Part shown: positions 20,401 through 30,117 of the stretch, one piece after another
Layout of the letters: the number at the start of each line of letters is the position of its first letter
How positions within the stretch are numbered: the first letter of the stretch is position 1
Source: a virus
IMG/VR virus record: IMGVR_UViG_3300028840_002185
Location: 1 to 64,000 of that record
Length of the DNA: 64,000 nucleotides
Reading direction: 5' to 3' (one strand)
Position numbers and translations under genes: made by a program
The notes under the pieces: model-generated
Told to the model about the DNA's origin: nothing
What the model saw: the letters and a program-made list of their open reading frames with translations, nothing else
Database searches by the model: none

Positions 20401-22989
20401 CTGAAACATCTTAGCTAACTGGTCAGTTGCTCTTTGTCTACCTTGAATAACAGCATAAAGTTCCTGACGCATCTGAACTCCGGCATTAGCCATACCTTCA
20501 GTTAATGCCTTAATTGCAGTACCAATGGTTGCAATCCTTCGTACATCTTCTTCAGTCTTTGGAACAATACCTGCTTGAGCAAAGGTCTTAGTCAGCATAA
20601 CCATATCTTCAAGACTTAAAATGGTTTCTGCTGCGACCATTTCCAATTGCAACATTAATTTTCTTGCGTATGAATAAGCCTTGTCATATGCTTCTCTGCT
20701 ACTTTCAACCATCTGAAATGAAATTGCAGCAGCAAGTGACATTGCATCTTTACGATACTGAGCTATATTATCGAGCATCTTTATAACAGTTCTATTAATA
20801 AACCAGATTGCTCTTGTAACCAGATAAATAACTGCTGCAACCTGCCAACGGAAATTACGAATCATTTCCCAAAGACCTTGCTTTTGACCTTTAATAGATT
20901 GCCTACGAGCAGTTTCCATGCGCTTCATCATTCCAATTTGCATACGTTCGTATTGTCTAACCTGCTGCTGAAGCATCATCATTTGATTTTTGGTTTGTTG
21001 TATTTGATTAGTTACTCCTTCACCACCTAAACCTGCTCGTTGTAATCTTTTTAATCTTTCTAATGATGTATTTAATTTACGAATAGTTCCATTATATGAT
21101 TCAACCTGAGTTTTCAATTTAGCAACATAATCAAAACCAAATTTTAATTGCTCTGTTTTAATAAGACGTTTTCGACTAAGATTATCAACACGTTCACCAA
21201 CGGAATCAAATTCTCTTTTAAGAATATTCGTAGTATTTCTTATTTCATTAATTGGTATCAAATCTTTTGCTATTGATCTTCTAATCCTATTAACTGTAGC
21301 AATAGTTTCAGCTTCCATCTGTTTTAATGGATTAGCAGGTAAGACAGATCGTTTCATTTCAGCCAACAATCTTCTACGAATAGCTTTTACCCTAAGATAA
21401 TATGAATTCCATGCATTGATTGATGCTTCAGTAGTTGCCGTTGCTCCCATCAACCTTGCTCGATCCAACTCTTTATCTAATTGGGCTATGGTTCTTTGAG
21501 ATTGAGCAACCTTATTTGCATGTTGTTTATATAATGATTGTAAACGTCTTAAAGATATTTGAGTATTAATTACATTATCTTCATTAACCTTTCCCATTTG
21601 TCTCATGGAACCAATAACTAATCTAACTTCATCAGCTAATTTTCTCGCTTGATCAATACCACCTGCTGCAAACTTTTGCTGTGATATATTGGGAATGGAA
21701 ATGATTTCTTTTTTAGTTTTAGCAAACTCCCCTCTGAATTCTTTTATTTTACCAATAACAGATTGCAAACTTCTAATCTGTCTACGTGCATCAATTAAAC
21801 CAGATGATTGAAGGGTCTTTGCTTGTAACAATAAACCTTCCATCAACTTAGTCTTTTCCTTTAATGCATTATCTAATGCTTTACCTTTCCTTGCAGCATC
21901 AAAAAATGCCTGACCTGCACGTTCACCTGAAAGTCTTGCCTGACCCTCAAGGTTCTCCCACATCTTTGCAAAGTCACGCTTTAAATTAACTCCCCTTAAT
22001 GCCTGTTTAATTCCTCCAAGGCTTTGTTGTGCTTGTTTTTCAAACACACCTGTTATAGCAGTTTGACCTCTTGCAAAAGATTGGATCTTATTAAACATAA
22101 ACTCATACTCTGAACCAAGGCGTTTAACTACTGCTCTTGCCTTATCAACCATTTGTTTCTGTTGATTGTACAGAGTTTTATTCGTCTGCTGAGATAATAA
22201 TTGTTTTTGTTTCTGAAGATATTGTTCAGCCTGTACCTGCTTTTTCTGATGTTGTTTTAAAAGATTTTCTAATACCTTTATCTGAGCAGCACGTTGTTTT
22301 AAAAAACCTGCCCCTGCTTCAGCAAAATCAGCCTGACCCATAAATTTACGTTGTGAATAAAGTTGATTAAACCTACTTTGCATATCCTTCACAACATTAT
22401 TCACGGTAACTGCTGCTGCCCTTGAACCTTTCTCAATGGTCTTCATTGCTTCATTGACAGCATTGGCAAGATTTTTTACAAGTGTTTGAGTGGTAAGTTT
22501 TTCAATGTGAGCAATGTCTTTTTCATATTGTGCTTTTACCTGTTCAATTCTTCCTTTAATCTTTTTCAACAATCCGGTTTTAGTTTCATCGGATATATCT
22601 GCACCTTTAATTTGCATTGATGACCCTTTTAATTGAGCCATCTGCTTACGCATTGCTGTATAACGTTTTGTTACCTGACCTTGAAAACGATCTTGCATCT
22701 GTTGAATTTTAATCGTTTCATGTCGAACACCCTGCAAGGCAGATCTGGTAAAAGACACCAATTCCTGTACTTCTCTCTTATTACCTTTAAACATTGTACT
22801 AAAAGAAGTAGAGGTATGCCGAGCAAGTTGATTCATATTTGTACCAACTTGTCGTGTCAGTTGATTTGCATCTCTGGTGAATTTATCAAATGAATTGATT
22901 TGTTTTTTGAGTACTTCTTGGAAGTTAGTTTCTAATTTCAATACAATCTTAGAAACTTCCATTGCTGTACCAGATCCACCTTCAGGCAT
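17458..22989 (-). CDS. tail tape measure protein (1843 aa)
   Basis: Very long, with a Q/K/coiled-coil-rich N-half, hydrophobic segments mid-protein and a Gly-rich stretch near the C-terminus. It lies immediately after the G/GT chaperone pair. Confidence 0.9.
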   Translation of the reverse strand: MPEGGSGTAMEVSKIVLKLETNFQEVLKKQINSFDKFTRDANQLTRQVGTNMNQLARHTSTSFSTMFKGNKREVQELVSFTRSALQGVRHETIKIQQMQDRFQGQVTKRYTAMRKQMAQLKGSSMQIKGADISDETKTGLLKKIKGRIEQVKAQYEKDIAHIEKLTTQTLVKNLANAVNEAMKTIEKGSRAAAVTVNNVVKDMQSRFNQLYSQRKFMGQADFAEAGAGFLKQRAAQIKVLENLLKQHQKKQVQAEQYLQKQKQLLSQQTNKTLYNQQKQMVDKARAVVKRLGSEYEFMFNKIQSFARGQTAITGVFEKQAQQSLGGIKQALRGVNLKRDFAKMWENLEGQARLSGERAGQAFFDAARKGKALDNALKEKTKLMEGLLLQAKTLQSSGLIDARRQIRSLQSVIGKIKEFRGEFAKTKKEIISIPNISQQKFAAGGIDQARKLADEVRLVIGSMRQMGKVNEDNVINTQISLRRLQSLYKQHANKVAQSQRTIAQLDKELDRARLMGATATTEASINAWNSYYLRVKAIRRRLLAEMKRSVLPANPLKQMEAETIATVNRIRRSIAKDLIPINEIRNTTNILKREFDSVGERVDNLSRKRLIKTEQLKFGFDYVAKLKTQVESYNGTIRKLNTSLERLKRLQRAGLGGEGVTNQIQQTKNQMMMLQQQVRQYERMQIGMMKRMETARRQSIKGQKQGLWEMIRNFRWQVAAVIYLVTRAIWFINRTVIKMLDNIAQYRKDAMSLAAAISFQMVESSREAYDKAYSYARKLMLQLEMVAAETILSLEDMVMLTKTFAQAGIVPKTEEDVRRIATIGTAIKALTEGMANAGVQMRQELYAVIQGRQRATDQLAKMFQVMGINISKLIEDGKKEGKDMITVLSDALEPFAQMNERMKDEWAQVKNRIQVVWGLIQRIGGEDFLVRWSKELNALLDTFVTKAEDGFYRLTERGAMWASWITATLNTFKAVFDILVAIVDVTEAVLLAISGIVQNIADAAMIFAGFEDQVKKNRSQWDGLIMLLQVFVQGLNMVAQALKFIAALVKSVAIEIKVWIDRIVALYGIYKSLKKGDTEGAGKFYDDFVNKGKKANEDIKNIWLGENGWIRSSWRSLDGVNQQFEKMRDHAAGINDEFGKTPDLFKLPNNVVTLGERVAKLAPKLKQVTLAGMEGPEKFAKELEFEIADPDEIKTKLQENIKKLDENIQGALTGKFKTDPKKLTFWVNTLTGHKQSLAEMNNLTDAALKKHDKQVSDWNEKQRKKMAGWTREYKDLLTSISPKDLTKTQKTDQWFEKMSNKLEELRVKNPLVAKEFKNLSKALDDALGRRRVDDTKAINDEMEKLKLKLTSHRPVDTISKINDEFAKMKLEIINNKDFIERGLVPEMLKLWGITKKERIEVEKLNMTYKASGAELDVMSKRAEFMTGAYSPAKRMQGEINLLKINHKKAMEDIQKEIDTTYRIWVEDGQWATREGSAEAQRYVQALQEQMVELTKVTERELRKKQFPIWNDLVEASNNWADGFTDALSNIVDGVGSVSEALQELQAQILKDVLKTVIKRSITDQLQSALGSGEGSPMEGFFGLFPGGKKDIGKKGGATEITASKPIPVTVYNPQDLMDSTVKAVEPMSKIPIPEEVGLGMRVFVTNWPIGGEGMGAMLGGTGSVVSQGVQGVSQDLADISSEIAENTAKAEESTRSWYSGITDVFSNIGNWFKGLFGGGGAAGGGGSSMNTIANLGMMAASAYGMADGGVISEPIVGKGLESGQTYNFGERAKYGENEIVAPIKKMQRSVAQNKVEYHMPIHLSAIDTQSGTQFLMKHSDVIQGQMIKNLRQNKPIRKGIQNAY

Positions 22990-23001
22990 TTTATTTTCTC
23001 C

Positions 23002-23696
23002 TTAACGTTGCCACTTTCTCATTTTATCTGCCGGATTTTCATCTGGAAAATCCCAATTAATTGCACCAGTAGTTTTAGTCTGAGACTTTCTATAAACCAT
23101 TGATAATTGGGTTTCTTGCTTTTCCAGTTGTTTAACTCCTTTTTGCGGATCAGAGAAAGCAGAAGCAACGTCACTTATAAACAATTTACGTTGCCGGAGC
23201 ATTTCAAAATCAACAGCCATCTTAACATAGTAATACTGTTTATATGGCATCTGATCAAGTTGTTCAAAAGTATATGCTCCACCAAGAAAATTACATATCG
23301 CTGCGAATTCTTTGCAGCGAGCTATTAGTTTTTTTCCGTTTCTCCCTCTACAGTATCACTACCCAATTGATCAAAGATCAAACCCAAAACTCTTGTCTTT
23401 AATTTCATAGGCCAATCTGCATATTTAGTTTTCGGAAGTTGTTTGGTTTTATCATCTTCCTGTACCTCTACCAAGACTTCATGAAGAATGGTGTTTTGAA
23501 GATCAAGCAATTTATCTTCTTCTTCTTCAGACAAGGATTCTTTTTGTTCATCCGAACTAAGGGCTGTAATCTCCTTGCTGATTCCCATAACCTTTTTCAT
23601 CTTGGCATCATTCATTGCCGGAACTCGATAATTTGAACCTAACACAGTAAACTCAACTGCTTTAACCAGATCATTTAAATCCAATACTTCGCTCAT
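23002..23696 (-). CDS. tail assembly chaperone G-T-type fusion made by a -1 ribosomal frameshift
   Basis: After a -1 slip at A_AAA_AAC I read CTA ATA GCT CGC TGC AAA GAA TTC GCA GCG ATA TGT AAT TTT CTT GGT GGA GCA TAT ACT TTT GAA CAA CTT GAT CAG with no stop. This runs in frame into the 23002-23250 ORF (ATG CCA TAT AAA...). Confidence 0.6.
23325..23696 (-). CDS. tail assembly chaperone (gpG-like)
   Basis: Acidic 123-aa protein directly upstream of the tape measure. It ends in the slippery run G GAA AAA AAC TAA. Confidence 0.75.
   Translation of the reverse strand: MSEVLDLNDLVKAVEFTVLGSNYRVPAMNDAKMKKVMGISKEITALSSDEQKESLSEEEEDKLLDLQNTILHEVLVEVQEDDKTKQLPKTKYADWPMKLKTRVLGLIFDQLGSDTVEGETEKN
23328..23334 (-). 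promoter_or_regulatory. -1 programmed frameshift slippery heptamer A_AAA_AAC
   Basis: X_XXY_YYZ heptamer in the zero frame, 1 codon before the gpG-like stop. The downstream -1 frame is open. Confidence 0.6.
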
Positions 23697-23730
23697 TTTG
23701 ATTCCTCCTTAATTAACAATTAGTTTTAGT

Positions 23731-24069
23731 TTACGAATCAGCGATAACCGCACGTTCTACGATAAAGGGTATATCATAGCTTTTATCAACATCGGTGTCT
23801 GCTGTGATCACCGTTTTCAATTCGGATACATACGTCTTTGCCTTTAGACCTTTAGTATCATCAACTGCAAACGTCAACGTATAATTACCATTGGCTTTAT
23901 CGGATTTATCAAAATCATTATCCGCTTTTGCCAATGCCGGAGTTACATCAGATGCCTTTTCTTTAACCTGAAAGATTAAGGTCGCATCAGTTACATTAGC
24001 TCCACCTTTGGTAATGTTAAAATTGATGGTCTTAGCTTCACCTTGTTTCAATTTGATTGCATTCGCCAT
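23731..24069 (-). CDS. small beta-sandwich/Ig-like structural protein (112 aa), function unclear
   Basis: ORF just upstream of the chaperones. The alternating beta-strand-like sequence is my impression only. Confidence 0.45.
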   Translation of the reverse strand: MANAIKLKQGEAKTINFNITKGGANVTDATLIFQVKEKASDVTPALAKADNDFDKSDKANGNYTLTFAVDDTKGLKAKTYVSELKTVITADTDVDKSYDIPFIVERAVIADS

Positions 24070-24071
24070 GA

Positions 24072-24326
24072 TTATACCTCAATATTGATTGTTTCGTCCT
24101 CTGAGAGAACGATCTCAGCCTGATCTTCATCAAGGTCTATATTGACCCTTACATCAGATATATTAACAGTCACATCATCCATCTGAGTGACCAGAATATC
24201 AACATCATTATGTGCCACTTCCACGTTAAACTCCTCCAAGACATAAACCGTAGTTCCTGGGCCTGTTCCTGTGCCAGTTCCAGTAAAATCTGGCAATATG
24301 CCTTTAGTTGCTAATGCTAAACTCAT
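24072..24326 (-). CDS. hypothetical acidic structural-module protein (84 aa)
   Basis: ATGA overlap with the 633-aa gene. Contains a (TG)n stretch, TGTGTGTGPG. Confidence 0.5.
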   Translation of the reverse strand: MSLALATKGILPDFTGTGTGTGPGTTVYVLEEFNVEVAHNDVDILVTQMDDVTVNISDVRVNIDLDEDQAEIVLSEDETINIEV

Positions 24327-26224
24327 ACGATCACCATTTCATAACTGGTACATGCTCCATTAGACCAAGTAGCTGTCACCTGATAAGTGGCAATCAATTG
24401 AGTCTTTGCAGCATCTTGATATGTTCTTATCCTGGCACTCGTTAAAAGTTTAGCACCATTGTAATCCTGATAGACCTGCTGATCCATTACATAGTTCTCT
24501 TGAACCAGACCAAGTAATTTCAATGATGTATTATGTTGCCATACGGCATCTGAAATATCTGATGCTGTAATCACTTCAATAGATGATACATTTACCAAAT
24601 CAAGGTATGCTACATGAGAAGCATTATAGGTTGTTACATTATGAGCCAAACGAATTTTAACTTCATTGTTATTTGACCGATCAATATTTCTCTCAAAATA
24701 TTCATGAGCATATTGTGCATCTGAAGTCATTCCTCCAGGCATAAATTCACTAACCAATGTTTCCCATGCTGCTGCTTCATAATTATATGCAATGCAATCT
24801 AAGAAATGAGTTGTCGATGGTACTCCTACATATCTACCAAAGACAACTACCTGTCCTGGCTTATTACCATTAGGTATATTAAAAGTAAGCTCAACAATGA
24901 GACCATTAGTTCCATCTTCACCGATCTGCCAGTAAACATTATCTCTTATTTGAACTGAAGCAAAGGTTCCTGAATCCTCACTTCCTTCAATTACTGATCC
25001 ACTAATTGCTGTACTGTAATCGGTAGATGCTGCTGCTGCGAGATCTGCTTTAGTTGCTAATTCATGACCAAAGGTTCCGGCAATAGGATGATCTGCCAAT
25101 AGGCTATTCCAAACATGCAAAGAAATATTATCAGGATTAACCAATTCCCTTATATCTACAGAAGCACCATTAGAATTATCAACTACATTTCCAACTCCTC
25201 TGATAATTATAGATCCATTGGTTATTGTATTATCAAGAGTCACAGATCCAGAGTTTAAATCAATGCTTATTCCGTCCATTCCACTTAGATTTTTTATTCC
25301 TAAGTCTCCGTTGTAATTTCTTATGATCAGATCTTGGCCCGTACTTCCCATATCGATGTAAGGGATGCTCCCCCCAACTGCACCTGACCAACAATCGACT
25401 AAATGGGCTTCTTGTGATCCTCCTAATATAATCGTTCCTGGTTCTAATAGACATTGTTCTATTATCCCATTTATATAATTTAAATCGGTAATCATGCAGC
25501 CTTGAATTTTGCAACCACCATCTAAAACTCCAGTTACATGAGCATCATAAAAATGACAATCTTCAACATCTGCATTTGCTTCTACCGTTAATGTCGATTT
25601 AACCTGAGACTCACCAATAAATGCCATTCCATTAAAAGACAAGGAATCATCTATCGTAATGTCTCCCAAGATAAAGAAAGAAGTAAAGCCCCTATCAATA
25701 GCAATGGCTAAAGCATCAATTAAATTATTGACCGGAGCTTGTGGTGTTCCTATTGGATAACTGGTTCCTGAATAAGAACTGGTAGTGTCAACAGTCACAC
25801 CACCATTAAAAGATGCATATTCTATTTCAGGCAATTGTTGAATTGTAGAATCTACAAGAGAGGACACCTGTTGCATGATACGAACAGTATATGTACCAAC
25901 CGTATCAAGGAAAAAATCAGAACCATCCTCTGAATAGAGATTACCGTTAATAATTAAACGATGACTTGCATTATATGGTCTGATCTTCCAATCAGATGCT
26001 AAAAAGAAGGTTGTACCAAGAGCTTTTTCTCCAGGCAAAGGGTTTCCACCAACTGCTTCAACCGGAAAGTAAAATTTTCGCAAATTCTCATTAGCAACCC
26101 AATCTTCTTTACCATCACTATACAAGTCTTCTTTAACATCAATAAAAATTTCATCATTGGCATCTGGAGCTTGTGTAATCTCAATTATTTTTGTGATTTC
26201 ATTAAACGTAACCTTTGCTCCCAT
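24323..26224 (-). CDS. right-handed beta-helix (pectate-lyase-fold-like) tailspike/depolymerase candidate (633 aa)
   Basis: Central region GDITIDDSLSFNGMAFIGESQVKSTLTVEANADVEDCHFYDAHVTGVLDGGCKIQGCMITDLNYINGIIEQC shows a beta-helix coil periodicity. Confidence 0.55.
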   Translation of the reverse strand: MGAKVTFNEITKIIEITQAPDANDEIFIDVKEDLYSDGKEDWVANENLRKFYFPVEAVGGNPLPGEKALGTTFFLASDWKIRPYNASHRLIINGNLYSEDGSDFFLDTVGTYTVRIMQQVSSLVDSTIQQLPEIEYASFNGGVTVDTTSSYSGTSYPIGTPQAPVNNLIDALAIAIDRGFTSFFILGDITIDDSLSFNGMAFIGESQVKSTLTVEANADVEDCHFYDAHVTGVLDGGCKIQGCMITDLNYINGIIEQCLLEPGTIILGGSQEAHLVDCWSGAVGGSIPYIDMGSTGQDLIIRNYNGDLGIKNLSGMDGISIDLNSGSVTLDNTITNGSIIIRGVGNVVDNSNGASVDIRELVNPDNISLHVWNSLLADHPIAGTFGHELATKADLAAAASTDYSTAISGSVIEGSEDSGTFASVQIRDNVYWQIGEDGTNGLIVELTFNIPNGNKPGQVVVFGRYVGVPSTTHFLDCIAYNYEAAAWETLVSEFMPGGMTSDAQYAHEYFERNIDRSNNNEVKIRLAHNVTTYNASHVAYLDLVNVSSIEVITASDISDAVWQHNTSLKLLGLVQENYVMDQQVYQDYNGAKLLTSARIRTYQDAAKTQLIATYQVTATWSNGACTSYEMVIV

Positions 26225-26514
26225 TCTTCAGGCTCCACTATTTCGCCTTCCGGTGTAATGACAGGCAAAATCGTTTTTAAATGTTCATGCCATTCATCAA
26301 CCAAAGGTCTTGCAATTGGTATTACTTTCCAAGGATCATTAAATTCATCGATGTACCATGTTTCCTTGTAATTGATCCATCCCATGAAATGCTTTTGCCG
26401 TTCAAAAGATTTTTTAAAACCTTTGGGATATTTAATACCTTCATGTACTCTGTCCAGTTCCACTTCCGCTTTCAGTAAAGCCAAAAACCTTTTGATTTTT
26501 TTAACGTCTAACAT
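26185..26514 (-). CDS. hypothetical protein (109 aa)
   Basis: ORF whose end overlaps the next gene by 40 nt. No family recognised. Confidence 0.5.
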   Translation of the reverse strand: MLDVKKIKRFLALLKAEVELDRVHEGIKYPKGFKKSFERQKHFMGWINYKETWYIDEFNDPWKVIPIARPLVDEWHEHLKTILPVITPEGEIVEPEEWEQRLRLMKSQK

Positions 26515-26530
26515 ATTATTCCTTAATTGA

Positions 26531-26562
26531 GTAGCCTATTCCTATGCAAGCGAATAGGCTAC
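26531..26562. other. perfect 11-bp hairpin between the 631-aa and 109-aa genes
   Basis: GTAGCCTATTC (26531-26541) pairs with GAATAGGCTAC (26552-26562). The T-run is on the plus-strand side only, so it is not a canonical terminator for the operon strand. Confidence 0.4.
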
Positions 26563-26572
26563 CTTGTTTATT

Positions 26573-28468
26573 TTATGGATTTTCGTAGTTAAGTTCATCA
26601 GCACCATTAACTGCAATGTTCTGGCCTGTTGATTCGGTTATGGTATGTTCAGCCACCACGTACTGCGCTCCATCATATGCAATTGCCACAACATAAACTG
26701 GAGCATCTGAATTTGGTGTCCGACCACCTTGATTGTTATTGGTATAGTCAAAGTCAAATTGAATAGCAGCAGAAGAAATTTCACCATCAATGTCTGTTCC
26801 ACCATTGTCATCGACTATAACTGCCCCTGGAGATTCAAAAGGATTCTCTTTGACATTTGCTGCTTCTCCAGTTGCTTCCGTTGCAGGGGCAATACCATCC
26901 TCCTTTGTTGCTGTGACTGTGTTAGAAGATGGTGAGCCAGTAATTGACCAAAGACCATTGTTACCTGTCTCTGTTACAAAACCGGAGATGTAGACATAAT
27001 CACCAGATTGCAAATGATCTAATGCTCCGGCATCTCCCGACCAATCCAATGTTCCATTATCTCCAGTAACTCCGGTTACTGCAAGATCGGTAACAGAAGT
27101 TAAAGTAATATGCTGAAAGTACATCGTGTATCGGGTAGTATTATCAACTTCATCCACATAGTTCTGTGAGAAGTTCATCGTTCCGGCAGCAGTAAATGGG
27201 AATTGTCTTTGAGTTGTGGTATTAGGAAAGTCTTCTGAATTAAGACCGTAAGAAGCACCTGTACCTGCGGTAATATCCCACATGCGAATATTGTTTTTAT
27301 CATTGGCATCATAACCATCGATAAAAACGCCACCTTTAGTATGCAAAACATCACCAACAAAATCGGTAAATGGCAGAGCAACATTTCCATAGACCGTTCC
27401 GTAAGCATCTCCACCAACGTCATCATTAATATCCGTTGCCTGACGGAGTTTCCATTGCGCCCAGGAATGAATTTCTTTCAGACGTGCTTTGGTAGTTCCG
27501 GTATCTTCTACATCAAGAATTCTATTGAAAGCATAATACTCTGTACCGATCAATCTTTCTCCAGGGTATGCTTCCCATGTTGCCGTTCCACCCCAAGATG
27601 CTTGTGCTACTCCAGTTGATCCAGTAACGGTTCCTGCTCCGGTACATCTGAACCAATGTGATCCTGAACCATTGTCTTCTTGCACAACATCGTCTAAAGC
27701 ATAAGTGGTATCGGAAACCGGAGAAAACAATTGACCAACTATATAGTCAATTGTCAATTCAGAATAAGTAACACCTGAAATAGATCCGGCATCCCCACTA
27801 ATGGTTGTATCATTGTCAATAGCATTAAGGGAGTCATCGGCATTTGCAAGAGGAAGTCTGTATGCTTCATATTTAAGTAAAGCAAGACCCTGTTCAGCGA
27901 TAAGGTTATAAGAAGCAAAGGTTGTCTGTTCCTCTCTCAAGAAAACCTTCAGGTATCCAGAGTTATCAGGAGTTCCACCAGTACCCTTAATCTGAATATT
28001 TTCATTTACCTCTCCAGTTTTATCAAAGTTTGTTTTTGTCTGATCAAACCCTGCTGCTTGTGTATAATAGGCTTGATCACCTGGAGATGTGTACATCGAA
28101 CCAAGAGAGATGATACAGGCATTTTCTCTACCATCAGTTTCTTTAAAACCTGCATCTCTTATAAGGTCTCTGGTCTGATCATTTGCTGGCCCCCATCCAT
28201 TGATCCATTGAAAAGATGCTTCATAAATCATTTGGATAGGAAACCTGTGTTTGTTCAAATCACTATCTGATTTCCAAATTTCTTTACATTTAGAATAAAG
28301 ACATTTTCCTGTGACCCCTGAAGTAGCACCTGGAGAAGCATCAGACAAAGTACCTTGAGCAAGCAATTCAATTGTTTTTGCTCCGGTTTGGACTTCCATT
28401 TCATCTGATCCACCTGCGGTTGTATCTACCACATAGCTTAGATCATCAGGATCGACTAATTTAGCCAT
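26573..28468 (-). CDS. large structural-module protein (631 aa), unknown fold
   Basis: Long ORF with an RBS. Shares the C-terminal LNYENP motif with 28486-30117. Confidence 0.6.
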   Translation of the reverse strand: MAKLVDPDDLSYVVDTTAGGSDEMEVQTGAKTIELLAQGTLSDASPGATSGVTGKCLYSKCKEIWKSDSDLNKHRFPIQMIYEASFQWINGWGPANDQTRDLIRDAGFKETDGRENACIISLGSMYTSPGDQAYYTQAAGFDQTKTNFDKTGEVNENIQIKGTGGTPDNSGYLKVFLREEQTTFASYNLIAEQGLALLKYEAYRLPLANADDSLNAIDNDTTISGDAGSISGVTYSELTIDYIVGQLFSPVSDTTYALDDVVQEDNGSGSHWFRCTGAGTVTGSTGVAQASWGGTATWEAYPGERLIGTEYYAFNRILDVEDTGTTKARLKEIHSWAQWKLRQATDINDDVGGDAYGTVYGNVALPFTDFVGDVLHTKGGVFIDGYDANDKNNIRMWDITAGTGASYGLNSEDFPNTTTQRQFPFTAAGTMNFSQNYVDEVDNTTRYTMYFQHITLTSVTDLAVTGVTGDNGTLDWSGDAGALDHLQSGDYVYISGFVTETGNNGLWSITGSPSSNTVTATKEDGIAPATEATGEAANVKENPFESPGAVIVDDNGGTDIDGEISSAAIQFDFDYTNNNQGGRTPNSDAPVYVVAIAYDGAQYVVAEHTITESTGQNIAVNGADELNYENP

Positions 28469-28485
28469 AATTAATTCCTCCTAAA

Positions 28486-30117
28486 TTAAGTTGGATTTTC
28501 ATAATTCAAATCTTCAAACATTGACACTTTAATGGATGAATTTAAACTTGGTAACGTCAACCCATAAACATTATTAACATCGGGCTGATAATCTACATGA
28601 TGAATCAATATATCAACAGAAGCTCCTCCAGAATGACTATATGTTACCTGATATTTTCCATCACCATCTGAAGTGGTTGCATTTTCAACATGAAACAGTT
28701 CAGTACTGGTTCCTGCTGTAACAATGGTTACTTCAGTATTTAATTCTAATCCGGTAATTGTAAATGAATAGTTGGCAACCAAAGTAGTGCTTGCCCCTGA
28801 TCCATTTCGTACTGAGATATTGGAGACACCACTACCACCATCTATATTAATGGTTACTGCTCCACCTGAATTATTATAAATGACTTCATTTCCTGTCGAT
28901 CCGTCTGAAGCAGCATAACCGCTTACCCATAAATTAGTTAATGTATAAGAATTACCTGCACAAGCAGTAGTTAATTGTATGGCGTGGTTCGATCCATCTG
29001 ATACAAAGGTACAATCATCAACATTATCAGGATTGTCACATAATAAAGAAACGGCATCGGTACAATTACTAAAAGTGCATCCATCAAAATCTGCTCCGGC
29101 TTGAGTAACCTGCCCACATCGTCTAAACACACCACCACTAATAGTAGTGTTTGAATCAAAGACAAATGTGGACATATCAATAAATGAACAATCTGTTAAT
29201 ACAACAGTTGCATCATTTGTGGTGATCCATCTACCTTTTGAAGCATTGGTAGAAGGTTCAAGACAGATAAACTGAAAACCTGTCATTTCAATATTTGATG
29301 AACCATTTACTATTTCAATGGTGTTAAAATTAGCAGTTACTTTTGGACACCATTGAATAAATATAATTCTATTGGAATCTCTGAAATCAACAGGATTAGA
29401 AGCAGTACCTAATTGCATTAATCCTTTCCAGAGATAACCACCTGGAATTTGTTGAATCAGTCCATATCTATTATTAATGGAATCATTTACTGCTGCAAAT
29501 CCGGCAATGGTACAATAGCCATTACCTGAATCTCCATATTCAAATACGGCATCTCCTCTACCATACCTGATTACATCAACAGCATGTGGTTCTCCTTTTC
29601 CGATACCTGCTGTGGTTTTAGCAGCAGCACCAACTATTTCTTCACCAGATCCGGCATATGATCCCATAGAATCATCTGGTGTAACCGTCACATTGACTGC
29701 ATGGTTTTGCCATCCGAGATAAAGACCAACTCCAACATCATTACCTCCGACAGTCCATGCATAAAAGGAATTAACGGCATCCCCAACGAGTACCATCAAA
29801 CCATCATTTGCATAAGAGTCAAAATTAGGATTCGCAAATAACTGCCAAACAAAATAAGCTCCATCGGTTCCATGACCACCAATAGATGCACCATTATCAT
29901 AACCTAATGAAGCATATCCTGTTTTAGTACTGGTACAGGTTTGCGTTACAGCATAAGTATTTTGAATAAAGGGCCAGTCAGCATCAGCCCCTTGTGGTGA
30001 GCCTTGTATATCAAAGTCAAATCCATTAGAAGAAGGGCCAGTAAATTCAACCCAATTGCTATTGGATTCTGCTTGATCTAATGTAGATAAATTAGTGGAG
30101 TAACTTGGTGCTGTCAT
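28486..30117 (-). CDS. beta-helix-repeat structural protein (543 aa), spike/depolymerase candidate
   Basis: LTDCSFIDMSTFVFDSNTTISGGVFRRCGQVTQAGADFDGCTFSNCTDAVSLLCDNPDNVDDCTFVSDGSNHAIQL has a parallel beta-helix-like periodicity. C-terminus is ...EDLNYENPT. Confidence 0.55.
   Translation of the reverse strand: MTAPSYSTNLSTLDQAESNSNWVEFTGPSSNGFDFDIQGSPQGADADWPFIQNTYAVTQTCTSTKTGYASLGYDNGASIGGHGTDGAYFVWQLFANPNFDSYANDGLMVLVGDAVNSFYAWTVGGNDVGVGLYLGWQNHAVNVTVTPDDSMGSYAGSGEEIVGAAAKTTAGIGKGEPHAVDVIRYGRGDAVFEYGDSGNGYCTIAGFAAVNDSINNRYGLIQQIPGGYLWKGLMQLGTASNPVDFRDSNRIIFIQWCPKVTANFNTIEIVNGSSNIEMTGFQFICLEPSTNASKGRWITTNDATVVLTDCSFIDMSTFVFDSNTTISGGVFRRCGQVTQAGADFDGCTFSNCTDAVSLLCDNPDNVDDCTFVSDGSNHAIQLTTACAGNSYTLTNLWVSGYAASDGSTGNEVIYNNSGGAVTINIDGGSGVSNISVRNGSGASTTLVANYSFTITGLELNTEVTIVTAGTSTELFHVENATTSDGDGKYQVTYSHSGGASVDILIHHVDYQPDVNNVYGLTLPSLNSSIKVSMFEDLNYENPT

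Noticed and set aside
17458-22989. Several 60-90-aa plus-strand ORFs inside the tape-measure gene (18032-18304, 18308-18550, 18857-19117, 22137-22343, 22633-22893). Similar antisense ORFs lie inside the giant tip gene (10599-11073), capsid and protease genes (35896-37933), portal and terL.
   Set aside because: They lie antisense to long ORFs with recognisable phage functions, lack Shine-Dalgarno sites, and have the low-complexity look of shadow ORFs in AT-rich DNA.
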